46,063 nt of DNA from an uncultured Candidatus Saccharibacteria bacterium (GCA_964512835.1 CAZELA010000002.1:171037-217099), one strand, 5' to 3'; positions 8,999-18,736 are shown, numbered from the stretch's first letter. Program-made: numbers and translations. Notes: generated by a model not told the origin, from the sequence alone.

Positions 8999-9613
8999 CT
9001 ATTGCGTGGTGTAATCGGTCGTCGAATAGACCGTGTCTCCGGAAACCGCGATACCGACGCCCGCGTATGTGAACGAGCCGAGTATATTCGCGCGATGGCC
9101 GGGTGAATTCATCCAGTCGTTCACGATCTTCCGAGCGGTATCCGCTGCAGAGAGTTTGTATCCCGACATCCAGTGAATGTTCTCACCGTAGCTCTTCCAT
9201 ACGTAGCCGCCGTTCGTGAGCCGACAACCGGGATTACAGCCGGATAGATTCGTGTGTTCGAAATAGTTCTTTGCGAGCATGTCGGCGCTGTGAGCGCGCG
9301 CGATAGTGGCGACACGGCTATCCGCAGTAAGGGGCGCGAGGCCGTTCTGTGCGCGTGCGGCATTCGTCTCTGTAAGCACGTATTGCTCGACCTGCGTCGC
9401 AAAGTCCGCGTTCTGTACCGGCACAGCCTGCACCGGTGCAGTCGTCACCGTTGTGGTAACGGGATTCGGTGCGGATTTCACGGGTGCAACCGTCGGCACG
9501 GCATAGGTGCGCGGCGCATGCTGTTCGGTACGCGCGGTACGCGCGCTCTGTGCCTGAGAGAGCATAAGCTGAGCCCGCTTGAGTTCAAGAATAAGATAGA
9601 TGAGCTGATCCAT
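8999..9613 (-). CDS. CAP/SCP (YkwD-like) domain protein
   Basis: NAARAQNGLAPL, AHSADMLAKNYFEH, WMNSPGHRANIL motifs. Confidence 0.85.
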   Translation of the reverse strand: MDQLIYLILELKRAQLMLSQAQSARTARTEQHAPRTYAVPTVAPVKSAPNPVTTTVTTAPVQAVPVQNADFATQVEQYVLTETNAARAQNGLAPLTADSRVATIARAHSADMLAKNYFEHTNLSGCNPGCRLTNGGYVWKSYGENIHWMSGYKLSAADTARKIVNDWMNSPGHRANILGSFTYAGVGIAVSGDTVYSTTDYTTQ

Positions 9614-9750
9614 AGTGTTGAAGTTACTGTAATGTCGACATAAGAACGGAGTCTATTTGATTACGCTACTAATCCTCCTTCGACTCTCACATGTAAGACG
9701 CATGAAGTGAACTTGTTTTACGATGAAGTTGATACTGTAGTACTGATTTC

Positions 9751-10821
9751 ATGAGTGCGTTCATGTATGCTCAGTGGACTGTCGCGGATATGCTCACTTT
9801 TTTCGCCGTTGTGTTCATGATGATACTGCTCGTTTTGTTCGAGCGATCGACTGCATCGCGTGCGATACGCAAAGATCCGAACGATCATTTCGACGGTCGG
9901 CGATTCTTTAATCCCGACATGCCGCCGCGACGAGACGAGGGCCCGGAAAACCGCTCGGTATGGGTGTGGCTCTTTACCCGTTCACGCGGTGTGTGGACTA
10001 CGACGACAGTCTCGCAGTCAAAACCGCCGGAGCGGGTACACGACGGCATACTCGTAACGTTCGTTAATCATGCAACTGTCTTGGTACAGGTCGGCGGCGT
10101 AAATATCATTACCGATCCCGTGTGGGCATACCGTGCGAGCCCGCTGCCGCTTCTGGGGCCGGCGCGGTACGCCGATCCCGGGATTCGCTTCGAGGACCTG
10201 CCGCCGATCGATATCGTGCTGCTCTCGCACAATCATTACGACCACATGGATCTCGCAACGCTCCGCCGCATACAGCATGCATGGAAACCGGCGCTATGTA
10301 CCGGGCTCGGCAATGCCGCATACCTCGCCCGGAAAGGGATTCCGGGTGCGCGCGACATGGATTGGAACGATACGGTGGATGTGCACGGCATCACAATCAC
10401 AGCGGTTCAGGCGCAGCACTTTTCGGCGCGCTCCGTGACTGATCGAAACTACACACTCTGGTGCGGATTCGTGCTTGAAACCAAGGCGGGACGGATCTAT
10501 TTTGCAGGGGATACGGGGCACGGTCCTTTTATTGAACGCATACGCGCCCGCTTCGGACGCTTCGACCTCGGCCTCATTCCGATCGGCGCATACAATCCGG
10601 CCTGGATGATGCGACCGGTACACACGGACCCGGACGAAGCGCTTGCCATGCACGATGCGCTCAATATAGAGACATCCGTCGGAATTCATCACGGCACGTT
10701 TCGGCTTACCGATGAACCGCAGCATGAGCCGCGAGAACGTATCGAGCGGGATAGGGGTAGTCGGGATTTTCGTGTGCTTTCAAACGGCGGCACTGTACTT
10801 ATAAAAGCGACCATATCCTAA
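9751..10821 (+). CDS. MBL-fold metallo-hydrolase (NAPE-PLD-like)
   Basis: HxHxDH motif as LLSHNHYDHMD, a downstream GDTGH, and an N-terminal TM. Confidence 0.82.
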   Translation: MSAFMYAQWTVADMLTFFAVVFMMILLVLFERSTASRAIRKDPNDHFDGRRFFNPDMPPRRDEGPENRSVWVWLFTRSRGVWTTTTVSQSKPPERVHDGILVTFVNHATVLVQVGGVNIITDPVWAYRASPLPLLGPARYADPGIRFEDLPPIDIVLLSHNHYDHMDLATLRRIQHAWKPALCTGLGNAAYLARKGIPGARDMDWNDTVDVHGITITAVQAQHFSARSVTDRNYTLWCGFVLETKAGRIYFAGDTGHGPFIERIRARFGRFDLGLIPIGAYNPAWMMRPVHTDPDEALAMHDALNIETSVGIHHGTFRLTDEPQHEPRERIERDRGSRDFRVLSNGGTVLIKATIS

Positions 10822-10852
10822 ATTCATAGTTTTCGTGGTAGGGTATTCGCTT

Positions 10853-12505
10853 ATGACTCGGGACAAGATCGCCATACTCGGCGGCATCATGCTCGGCATG
10901 TTGCTCGCAGCCCTCGATCAGACGATCGTCGCAACGGCGATGCCGCGCATCGTGCAGGAATTCAACGCGCTCTCGCACTTGTCGTGGGTGTTTACCGCGT
11001 ACATGCTCGCGTCTGCTATTACGGTGCCGATCTACGGCAAGCTCTCGGATATTTTCGGACGACGCGGACTCTATATATTGGGCATCATCATATTCCTGAT
11101 CGGCTCGATACTCTCCGGGGCGGCACAATCGATGCTGCAGCTCATTATCTTCCGTGGTGTACAGGGAATCGGCGGCGGCGCCATTATGGTGAATTCGTTC
11201 GCGGTCATTGCCGATGTGTTTCCGCCGCGCGAACGCGCGAAGTGGCAGGGGCTCTTGGGTGCAATGTTCGGTGTCGCGTCCGTAGCAGGGCCGCTTCTCG
11301 GAGGATTCATCACCGATAACTTCTCGTGGCGTTGGATCTTCTATATCAATATTCCGCTCGGACTCCTTGCGATTGCGGTTTTGTGGTACGGACTGCCGAA
11401 AATCATGCACGAAGTAAAAGACCGCACCATCGACTATTGGGGAGCAATCTGGATGACTTCGACCTTGTTTCCGCTCCTGCTTGCACTCGTATGGGGCGGC
11501 AGCGAATATGCGTGGAATTCCGCAGAGATCATTGCGCTCTTGGGATGGTCGCTCGGTTCACTCCTTATATTTATTTCGCAGGAGCTTCGTTCGTCGAACC
11601 CGATTCTTTCGATGTCGCTGTTTGCGAACAGTATCTTTACCGTATCGGTCATCACGGTGTTCATTACGGCGATGGGTATGTTCGGAGCCATTCTCTATAT
11701 TCCGATCTTTGCGCAGGGTGTGATAGGTACCAGCGGCACCGGTTCCGGTCTTGCGCTTACACCGCTCATGCTCGGCATTGTCTTTGCGTCGACCATTACC
11801 GGGCAGATGGTTTCGCGATCGGGTCGGTATAAATGGAATGCGGTTTTAGGCTGCACGCTTATTGTGATCGGCATGGTCTCGTTCGTAACGATCACCACCG
11901 AGACATCATCGCTCATGCTTGCGCTCCGCATGATCGTGCTCGGCGTCGGCCTGGGATGTACGTTCCCGGTATTCAACATTGCCGTGCAGAATGCGTTCGA
12001 GACGTATCGTGTGGGCGAGGTTACCGCGAGCGTGCAGCTGGCGCGTAATATCGGAGGCACAGTCGGCACCGCTATCTTGGGCGGTGTGATGAACGCGCAG
12101 CTCACCAAAAATCTGTCGTCGCTGTCGACCGATCCGTTCGTGCGGGCCATGCGAGAGGTCGCTCCGCAGAGTCCGATCGCAACCATCGATTCGAATTCCG
12201 TGCAGTCCGTCCTGAACCCTGATGTGCAGGCGACGATTCGTGCATCACTCGAACATGCGCCGGGCGCGCAGGCGCTCATGCCGATGTTCAATACGTTCGT
12301 CGAGACCATCAAGGTGGCGTTCACTAATTCCGTTGTGCATGTATTTGTTGTTGCCTCGGTCCTCATGGCGATCGGATGGATCGTTGTCTTGTTCCTGCGC
12401 GAGATCCCGCTGCGCTCACACGCAAAGGAAAGCCCGCTCGAGAAGGCGGGCAGGGAGCTGGAAGAGGAGTTCGGCAGCGACGCGCCGTCGAGCTTTGCTC
12501 ACTAG
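10853..12505 (+). CDS. MFS transporter, DHA2 (EmrB/QacA-like, 14-TMS) family
   Basis: ALDQTIVATAMPRI, LSDIFGRR, GGFITDNFSWRWIFYINIP motifs and many TM segments; the ORF opens with GTG at 10835, first ATG at 10853. Confidence 0.9.
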   Translation: MTRDKIAILGGIMLGMLLAALDQTIVATAMPRIVQEFNALSHLSWVFTAYMLASAITVPIYGKLSDIFGRRGLYILGIIIFLIGSILSGAAQSMLQLIIFRGVQGIGGGAIMVNSFAVIADVFPPRERAKWQGLLGAMFGVASVAGPLLGGFITDNFSWRWIFYINIPLGLLAIAVLWYGLPKIMHEVKDRTIDYWGAIWMTSTLFPLLLALVWGGSEYAWNSAEIIALLGWSLGSLLIFISQELRSSNPILSMSLFANSIFTVSVITVFITAMGMFGAILYIPIFAQGVIGTSGTGSGLALTPLMLGIVFASTITGQMVSRSGRYKWNAVLGCTLIVIGMVSFVTITTETSSLMLALRMIVLGVGLGCTFPVFNIAVQNAFETYRVGEVTASVQLARNIGGTVGTAILGGVMNAQLTKNLSSLSTDPFVRAMREVAPQSPIATIDSNSVQSVLNPDVQATIRASLEHAPGAQALMPMFNTFVETIKVAFTNSVVHVFVVASVLMAIGWIVVLFLREIPLRSHAKESPLEKAGRELEEEFGSDAPSSFAH

Positions 12506-12685
12506 CGCGGGTTCCCGGTCTGCTTCAATCCCTCGCGGCAAGGAGGGTCGTACGGTGAGTGCAATACGCCCGAAAAGGGCGAAAAAGCGGCACCCGGGGT
12601 GTCCTTGCATACGGCCCCGCTTTCAGGCATAGTGGCCGCATTAGCCCAGAAATTGGGGGATAGGTCAATATTTCATATACTCGTT

Positions 12686-14308
12686 ATGAATAAGGTATTT
12701 GCATCGATCGCTGTTCTCGCCGCACTGATGACGGCAGGAACCGCATCCGCGCAGTCGTATCCGTACACCTACGGAACCGGCTCGTATTATCAGCCGACAA
12801 CGGTGACGTTCCCGTCATTGAATTGCGTGGTTTTGACCCGCGATCTTTCGTACGGTTCGCGCGGTACCGATGTCCGCTCACTGCAGAGCTTCCTTGTCTC
12901 GCAGAACTATCCGGGCGGCGGATCATGGATGATCACCGGTTACTTCGGTCCGGCGACCCGCGCTGCCGTGCAGACATTCCAGTCATCGCACAATCTCTAT
13001 CCGAGCGGTGTGGTGGATGCAAACACACGCGGCGCGATTATGCAGACGTGCGGCTACTCAACGCCGACGTACCCCACGTACCCGACCTATCCGACATACC
13101 CCACGTACCCGTCGACACCGACATACTGCACGCTGCAATACCCGAACTACAATTGTCCGACGAACAACGTCTCGATCTCGTATCTTTCTCCGTCGCAGGG
13201 CGCAATCGGTACGCTTGTAACCGTGACCGGCACCGGCTTCAGCTACACGGGTAACTCGGTCCGATTCGGCAACGGCATCATCTCGAACGTCAGCTCGTAC
13301 AACGGTACGTCGCTTACGTTCACCGTTCCGTCGTATCTCTCCGGCTACGGCTCACAGGTCGTCACCAACGGTACGTACAATGTGAGCGTAACGAACGCGG
13401 CAGGTGTTCAGAGCAATGCACTCACGTTCACGGTGAACGGATACGGAACGCAGGCTCCGTCTGTCACGAGCCTCACGGGCCCGACGTCGCTCATGAACAA
13501 CACGAACGGCACGTGGACGCTCGTCATCAATAACCCGTCGGCAAATTATGTAACGACATCGGTGAACTGGGGTGACAGCGGCTACGGTTATGTGAACGCG
13601 GCTGCTCCGCAGACCACGTATCAGCAGGGACAGAGCACGCAGACGTTCACGCACGCGTACACCTACGCCGGTACCTACACGGTTACGTTCACGGTCTCCG
13701 GCCAGAACGGGCAGAGCAACACATCGAGCGCAACCGTAACGGTGAGCGCAAACGGCAGCGGTACGCAGACACTCACGGTGACTCCGCAGTACGGCAATGC
13801 ACCGTTGTATTCGACGTTCACGATGTACTTCCCGGGTTGCAACGGCGGTAACTACTACCTCTACTACGGCGACGGAACATCCGACTTCGTAGCGGTGCCG
13901 GCTGACCTGTGCAATTCCACCGCGACGCGCTACCACACGTATACGACCAACGGCTCGTTCACGGCGTCGCTGCGAAATTCCAATCAGTCCACTACGTACG
14001 CAACGACGATCGTTACGGTCGGTAACGGCGGATCATCGAACACGCTCACGGCAACGCCGTCGTACGGAACGAAGCCGCTCACGGTCATGTTCTCGGGCAA
14101 TCCGGGCGGAGTCGCATACTCGGGCGGTGTAGTGATCGTCTTCGGTGACGGTTCTGCCGGCACGTTCTGCACCCCGAACGAAAGCTGCAATCAGCGCACG
14201 ACCTCGCACATCTACACGAACGCGGGCACGTACTACGCGACCCTTCAGGGAAGCAACTACGGCTCGACTCAAAACTTGGGATCGGCAACGATCACAGTCA
14301 ATAACTAA
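12686..14308 (+). CDS. secreted PG-binding / IPT-TIG / PKD-repeat protein
   Basis: Signal peptide MNKVFASIAVLAALMTAGTASA; PG_binding_1-like SRGTDVRSLQSFL...GYFGPATRAAVQTFQ; repeated about 90-aa beta-rich modules. Confidence 0.8.
   Translation: MNKVFASIAVLAALMTAGTASAQSYPYTYGTGSYYQPTTVTFPSLNCVVLTRDLSYGSRGTDVRSLQSFLVSQNYPGGGSWMITGYFGPATRAAVQTFQSSHNLYPSGVVDANTRGAIMQTCGYSTPTYPTYPTYPTYPTYPSTPTYCTLQYPNYNCPTNNVSISYLSPSQGAIGTLVTVTGTGFSYTGNSVRFGNGIISNVSSYNGTSLTFTVPSYLSGYGSQVVTNGTYNVSVTNAAGVQSNALTFTVNGYGTQAPSVTSLTGPTSLMNNTNGTWTLVINNPSANYVTTSVNWGDSGYGYVNAAAPQTTYQQGQSTQTFTHAYTYAGTYTVTFTVSGQNGQSNTSSATVTVSANGSGTQTLTVTPQYGNAPLYSTFTMYFPGCNGGNYYLYYGDGTSDFVAVPADLCNSTATRYHTYTTNGSFTASLRNSNQSTTYATTIVTVGNGGSSNTLTATPSYGTKPLTVMFSGNPGGVAYSGGVVIVFGDGSAGTFCTPNESCNQRTTSHIYTNAGTYYATLQGSNYGSTQNLGSATITVNN
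13064..13126 (+). repeat. in-frame (Pro-Thr-Tyr)n 9-nt tandem repeat linker
   Basis: PTYPTYPTYPTYPTYPSTPTY, encoded by imperfect CCN-ACN-TAY units. Confidence 0.9.
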
Positions 14309-14330
14309 CCCACTCCGGTGGACCACACAC

Positions 14331-14356
14331 AAGGCGCGTCTCTGACGCGCCTTTTG
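14331..14356 (+). terminator. rho-independent terminator
   Basis: AAGGCGCGTC-TCT-GACGCGCCTT followed by TTGTG. Confidence 0.7.
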
Positions 14357-14359
14357 TGC

Positions 14360-15040
14360 ATGGCTCCACGGATGATGCATACTATTGCTATGAATATGCG
14401 CGCGGTATACCGGTCCGTCACGATCGCTGCACTGCTGCTCTTGCTGGTTGTGATGTTGGTGCCACTCGGCATGCGCACCGCCGTTCGCGCAGCCGTGTTT
14501 GATATTCCCGAGGACGTGCCGCAAACCCGTGCGGCACTCGTGCTCGGCGCGTCGGTCGTACGGGGAAAACCCTCGCCGGTGTTGGAAGAGCGGGCGCATA
14601 CGGCTGTCGCGCTGTACATGATGGGGAAAGTCTCGAAGATTCTTGTTACGGGAGATAACGGCGCACTCACGCACGACGAGGTTACGCCGGTACGCAAATA
14701 CCTGACCGATGCGGGCGTGCGGGACGAGGACATCTTTTTGGATCATGCCGGGTTCGACACCTACAGCAGCATGTATCGCGCACGCGATGTATTTCAGGCG
14801 GACTCGATCACGATCGTTACGCAGGACTTTCACATCCCGCGCGCGGTTTTCGTTGCGCGGCGCCTCGGCATACAGGCGTACGGTGTCGTGCCTGTGCGCG
14901 GGCAGGGAAATATATACGACTACATTCGGGAGATCCCGGCATCGGTAAAGGCGCTCTACGACCTGGCTACGCGGCGGGCACCCAAGTACTTAGGAGAGGC
15001 GATTCCGCTCTCCGGTGACGGCAAGACCACATGGTATTAG
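14360..15040 (+). CDS. SanA/YdcF (DUF218) family protein
   Basis: LVLGASV, ILVTGDNG, FLDHAGFDTYSSMYRA, IVTQDFHIPRAVF motifs. Start uncertain (ATGs 14360-14396): the ORF opens with GTG 14318, inside the upstream terminator. Confidence 0.8.
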   Translation: MAPRMMHTIAMNMRAVYRSVTIAALLLLLVVMLVPLGMRTAVRAAVFDIPEDVPQTRAALVLGASVVRGKPSPVLEERAHTAVALYMMGKVSKILVTGDNGALTHDEVTPVRKYLTDAGVRDEDIFLDHAGFDTYSSMYRARDVFQADSITIVTQDFHIPRAVFVARRLGIQAYGVVPVRGQGNIYDYIREIPASVKALYDLATRRAPKYLGEAIPLSGDGKTTWY

Positions 15041-15082
15041 CGGTGCACCGGACGGAAAAACGGTGTGGTACACTCGGCATCT

Positions 15083-15376
15083 ATGCAATTCAAGATCAAA
15101 CATAAAACATCAAAATTTCAGGCCATGCAGCGCATCAAGCAGATGCTGGTGGATCAGCGAAAGGCCATTGAGCAGAACGCAACCGATGTAAAAACCGAGT
15201 GGAAAGACAACGTGCTCGACTTTGCCTTCACCGCACAAGGCACCCACATTAAGGGGACGCTCACGGTGACCGATACCGAGTTCGACGTGTATGCAAAGCT
15301 CCCGTTGATGTACCGACTCTTCGAGGGTCAGATCGAAAAGATGATCAAGGGTGAGATGGAAAAAATAGGAATGTAG
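15083..15376 (+). CDS. putative polyhydroxyalkanoic-acid-system (PHA_gran_rgn-like) small protein
   Basis: About 97 aa; the pattern W.dn.l.F.....g..i.G...v.d......v.LP, ending in a helical tail, resembles that family; TGgTACACT lies 8 nt upstream. Confidence 0.5.
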   Translation: MQFKIKHKTSKFQAMQRIKQMLVDQRKAIEQNATDVKTEWKDNVLDFAFTAQGTHIKGTLTVTDTEFDVYAKLPLMYRLFEGQIEKMIKGEMEKIGM

Positions 15377-15377
15377 T

Positions 15378-16013
15378 ATGTCGCAAAAAACCGTACTCTT
15401 CGACTTTGACGGTGTGATTGCAGACTCGTTCGTCGCCGCGCAACAAACGGCGCAGGCGCTCTGCAAACACAACGACGACGAAGCGTATCGGAAGCACTTC
15501 GAGGGTAATGCGTGGGACTCGTTCATGTCGCACCAGAAAGACGACCACGACGGCTGTGATCACGGGATCGACTGGTGGGCGAAGTTCATGTCGTTGTTTT
15601 CCAACGAGAACGGATTGTTCGACGGTATGGAGGCAACGGTACGGCATCTTGCCGCAGAGCACCGGCTGGTGATCATCTCGTCGTCGGTCGACAAGGTGAT
15701 CACACCGTTTCTGAGCATGCACGGACTGCGCGATTGCTTTGCGGATGTGCTCGACGCGGATGTAAGTCGCAGCAAAAGCGAGAAGATCGCCATGGTGTTC
15801 GAAAAGTACCAAACGAAGGCCGATGAGTGCGTTATGATCACGGATTCCAAAGGCGACATCAACGAAGCGCGCGAACAGGGCGTGGATAGCGTCGCGGTCA
15901 CGTGGGGGTACAACAATTACGATGTATTGCTCTCGGGAAACCCGTGGCGCATCGTGCGTTTGCCCGATGAGATACCGAACGCTGTGACGGAATATTTCCG
16001 CGGTAAGCACTAA
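15378..16013 (+). CDS. HAD-superfamily hydrolase
   Basis: Motif I LFDFDGVIADS, motif II ISSS, C-terminal ITDSKGDINEA; start 1 nt after the upstream stop. Confidence 0.85.
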   Translation: MSQKTVLFDFDGVIADSFVAAQQTAQALCKHNDDEAYRKHFEGNAWDSFMSHQKDDHDGCDHGIDWWAKFMSLFSNENGLFDGMEATVRHLAAEHRLVIISSSVDKVITPFLSMHGLRDCFADVLDADVSRSKSEKIAMVFEKYQTKADECVMITDSKGDINEAREQGVDSVAVTWGYNNYDVLLSGNPWRIVRLPDEIPNAVTEYFRGKH

Positions 16014-16119
16014 CTTCATCAAAAACACAGCTACGAGCTGCTTCGATGCATGTACGCCCCGGCTGTCGCTCGAGGGCGATTATTTTATGCGGCGAAAGAA
16101 TTGGTATACTCAGTCGTCT

Positions 16120-17673
16120 ATGAAAGGTACTCGCATGCACTCAATAACCCCTATGAAAAAAATAGTAACCACGATCGCACTTCTTGCGGCATGTGCGCTG
16201 CCGGTCTCCGCATCTGCCGCATCGTGCCCGACCATCACCTCCGACCTGAAGTCCGGCTCAAAAGGTGCACAGGTGACCGCGCTGCAGGTGTTTCTTAAAT
16301 CGCAGGGGTACTTTAAGGCGACAAGTGTTCCGAATTACGGCGCAGCCACGCAGGCTGCCGTTAAGGCGTTTCAGAAGGCCAACAAAATTTCTCAGACGGG
16401 AACCGTCGGTCCGCTTACGCGAGCCAAGATCAAGTCGCTCTGTAGTGCCGCCTCGTCGTCATCCGGTAGCGTGTCATCGACCGTTGATCCGACGGGGATC
16501 ACACCTACAGATGCGCCGACCCAGTTCGAGGTTACGGGATGGATTCCGTATTGGCGGCAAGCAACGGGCACCGCAGATACACTCGCGAATCTGAATAAGC
16601 TCACCGAGGTGAATCCGTTTGTATACACCCTGAAATCCGACGGGACACTTATGGACAACGGTCCGCTCGACGGCGAACCGTGGGCGTCGTTTGACGCGAT
16701 TGCAAAAGCGCAGGGTGTCCGCGTGATTCCCACCATCATGACGAGCAATGCAGCGCTCGTGCATCAGCTACTCTCCAACGATGACTCACGACGCAAGCTC
16801 GAAGACGACATTGCCGCCATTGCAACGCAAAAAGGGTTTGACGGCGTCGACATCGACTTTGAAGGCAAGAGCTCGAACACCAAGGATTACTTCTCGACCT
16901 TTCTCAAGGGCCTGAAGCAGCGTCTCGGTTCGAAGTGGCTCATGTGCACCATCGAAACGCGTATCCCGAACGAAGACAAATACTACGGTACCGAAATTCC
17001 GGCGGACGCAGGCGTGTTTGCCAACGATCTCAAGGCGATCGGCACCTATTGTGACCGAGTACGTCTTATGACGTATGACCAACAGGGAATCGATCTCAAA
17101 CTCCAGGCAGATGCCGGTACGCGCCTCTATGCCGCCAACGGCGACCCTGCGTGGATCGAAAAGGTGGTGAACCTCATGTCGAAAGATATTCCGAAGTCCA
17201 AGATTCTGATCGGTGTACCGACCTACGGATACGAATATTCGGTCACGACCTACGAAGGCGGTCAGCATCTCTACGACATTCTCTGGACGTTCAACCCCGG
17301 CTACGCCGCGCCGCAAAAGGGCATCAGCCAGCAGTCGCTTGCCGAAAAGTACGGCATTACGCCGGAGCGGCAGTATTGGGGTGAGCTCGGGTTTACGTAT
17401 GTGCCGGTGAGCGACAACGCGACCAGCTCGCTCATCTCCGCAAACAGCGGCAGCGGTATTCCTGCGCTCGCAGCGTCTGCGGCAGCCGCTACGTACGCGA
17501 ATACCTACAAATCACACTTGTCGTATCGATACGTAGTGTGGCCGGACGAAGTATCGACACTCCAAAAAGTGGAACTTGCAAAGCGACTCGGCGTTCGCGG
17601 TATCTCGATATTCAAGCTCGACGGCGGACAGGATCCCGATATCTGGAATGTCCTCACGGGCATCAAAAAGTAG
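16120..17673 (+). CDS. GH18 glycoside hydrolase with N-terminal PG-binding domain
   Basis: GH18 catalytic FDGVDIDFEG; PG_binding_1-like GAQVTALQVFLKSQGYF...AVKAFQ; signal peptide MKKIVTTIALLAACALPVSASA. Alternative starts 16087 and 16153; TGgTATACT ends 9 nt before 16120. Confidence 0.85.
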   Translation: MKGTRMHSITPMKKIVTTIALLAACALPVSASAASCPTITSDLKSGSKGAQVTALQVFLKSQGYFKATSVPNYGAATQAAVKAFQKANKISQTGTVGPLTRAKIKSLCSAASSSSGSVSSTVDPTGITPTDAPTQFEVTGWIPYWRQATGTADTLANLNKLTEVNPFVYTLKSDGTLMDNGPLDGEPWASFDAIAKAQGVRVIPTIMTSNAALVHQLLSNDDSRRKLEDDIAAIATQKGFDGVDIDFEGKSSNTKDYFSTFLKGLKQRLGSKWLMCTIETRIPNEDKYYGTEIPADAGVFANDLKAIGTYCDRVRLMTYDQQGIDLKLQADAGTRLYAANGDPAWIEKVVNLMSKDIPKSKILIGVPTYGYEYSVTTYEGGQHLYDILWTFNPGYAAPQKGISQQSLAEKYGITPERQYWGELGFTYVPVSDNATSSLISANSGSGIPALAASAAAATYANTYKSHLSYRYVVWPDEVSTLQKVELAKRLGVRGISIFKLDGGQDPDIWNVLTGIKK

Positions 17674-17711
17674 GCCGGGACATATCCACAGGTTTCTGAA
17701 AGGGTGATACC

Positions 17712-18494
17712 ATGCCGCGTATGGACGAACACACACATTCGACTCCCGACCCGGTCACAACTGCGGCGGTGGTCGCCAAAAAAGATTATTCGGCATTGTA
17801 TATTCCCGGCGCGATTGTGATCGCGGGTGCAATTATCGGTCTGTCGCTTGTTGTTGCCCTCAAGGGTACCGGCGGCACAGCTGCCGCAAACGGCAAGCAG
17901 CCGACCGTAAAAGTTGATGTAAAAGACATTCCGGTGTCAGACACCGACCCGTACATCGGGGATAAGAATGCGCCGGTCACACTGATTGCATGGGAAGACT
18001 ACCAGTGCCCGTTCTGCAAAGCGGTTGAAGTCGGTCACGAACAGATCCCGACGAAGCCTGCGATGCCGGACATCATCAAAGAGTACGTAGATACCGGGAA
18101 AGTCCGCATCGTGTTCAAGGATTTCGCATTCTTGGGCGATGACTCGCGCATCGCGGCGATGTACGAACACGCAATCTGGAAACTCTACCCGAACCGCTTT
18201 TATGACTGGCGCATGGAAATGTTCAAGGCGCAGGACGAAGAAGGGGACGCAGGATTCGGCGACGAAGCAAGCATTCTTGCACTCATCAAGAAAATGGGCG
18301 GCATGGATGCGAACAAGTTGAAAGCCGATGTGACTGCGAATGTGACCGAATACGCGAAGCTCGCAGATGACGACAAGGCAGAGGCCGCGGCCATAGGCAT
18401 CGGCGGTACGCCGGGCTTTGTGACCGGGAAGACGTTGATACCGGGGGCGGTAGGAATTGAAGAGTTCCGCAAGGCCTTCGACGAACAGCTCTAG
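17712..18494 (+). CDS. DsbA-family thiol:disulfide oxidoreductase
   Basis: CPFC active site (DYQCPFCK), N-terminal TM, C-terminal GTPGFV; SD AAGGGTGA upstream. Confidence 0.85.
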   Translation: MPRMDEHTHSTPDPVTTAAVVAKKDYSALYIPGAIVIAGAIIGLSLVVALKGTGGTAAANGKQPTVKVDVKDIPVSDTDPYIGDKNAPVTLIAWEDYQCPFCKAVEVGHEQIPTKPAMPDIIKEYVDTGKVRIVFKDFAFLGDDSRIAAMYEHAIWKLYPNRFYDWRMEMFKAQDEEGDAGFGDEASILALIKKMGGMDANKLKADVTANVTEYAKLADDDKAEAAAIGIGGTPGFVTGKTLIPGAVGIEEFRKAFDEQL

Positions 18495-18618
18495 GCTCGC
18501 AGATAGACCCCACCTGCTTCGTTGCTTAGAAAAAGCCCGACCCTCACCGTACGTCTAGTACGGCTCAGGATCGGGCTTTTTTCGCGCCTCGCATTTGGGG
18601 CCTCCTGCGAGCCTAGAG
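18489..18618. repeat. perfect 14-bp inverted repeat (CTCTAGGCTCGCAG 18489-18502 / CTGCGAGCCTAGAG 18605-18618)
   Basis: Read directly; the left arm overlaps the dsbA-like stop codon and the arms enclose the terminator. Confidence 0.85.
18531..18582 (+). terminator. compound rho-independent terminator
   Basis: AAAAGCCCGA ... TCGGGCTTTTTT with an inner CCGTAC/GTACGG hairpin. Confidence 0.7.
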
Positions 18619-18661
18619 ATTGGGGCAGGGCCGGATATGGGGTGGCGCAGCGCACTTGCGT

Positions 18662-18670
18662 TGGTATGAT
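18662..18670 (+). promoter_or_regulatory. extended -10 (TGgTATGAT)
   Basis: Ends 9 nt before in-frame ATG 18680 and 66 nt before SD-led ATG 18737. Confidence 0.4.
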
Positions 18671-18736
18671 AATTGTGTTATGGTCTTGCCGGCACAAAGG
18701 GAAGTGCTGTTTGCAAACATCACTGGGAGCATAGAG

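Noticed and set aside
12506-12685. Possible riboswitch (for example cyclic-di-AMP ydaO-type) upstream of the PG-binding protein gene
   Set aside because: Only generic small hairpins are present (CCCTCGCGGCAAGGAGGG, CGCCCGAAAAGGGCG). I could not find the conserved pseudo-symmetric motifs of that riboswitch.
10799-16028. Several long minus-strand ORFs (10799-11410, 11695-12366, 13352-13936, 14033-14833, 15345-16028)
   Set aside because: All lie antisense to plus-strand genes with clear family motifs (MFS, PKD protein, SanA, HAD). They are shadow ORFs in GC-rich DNA.
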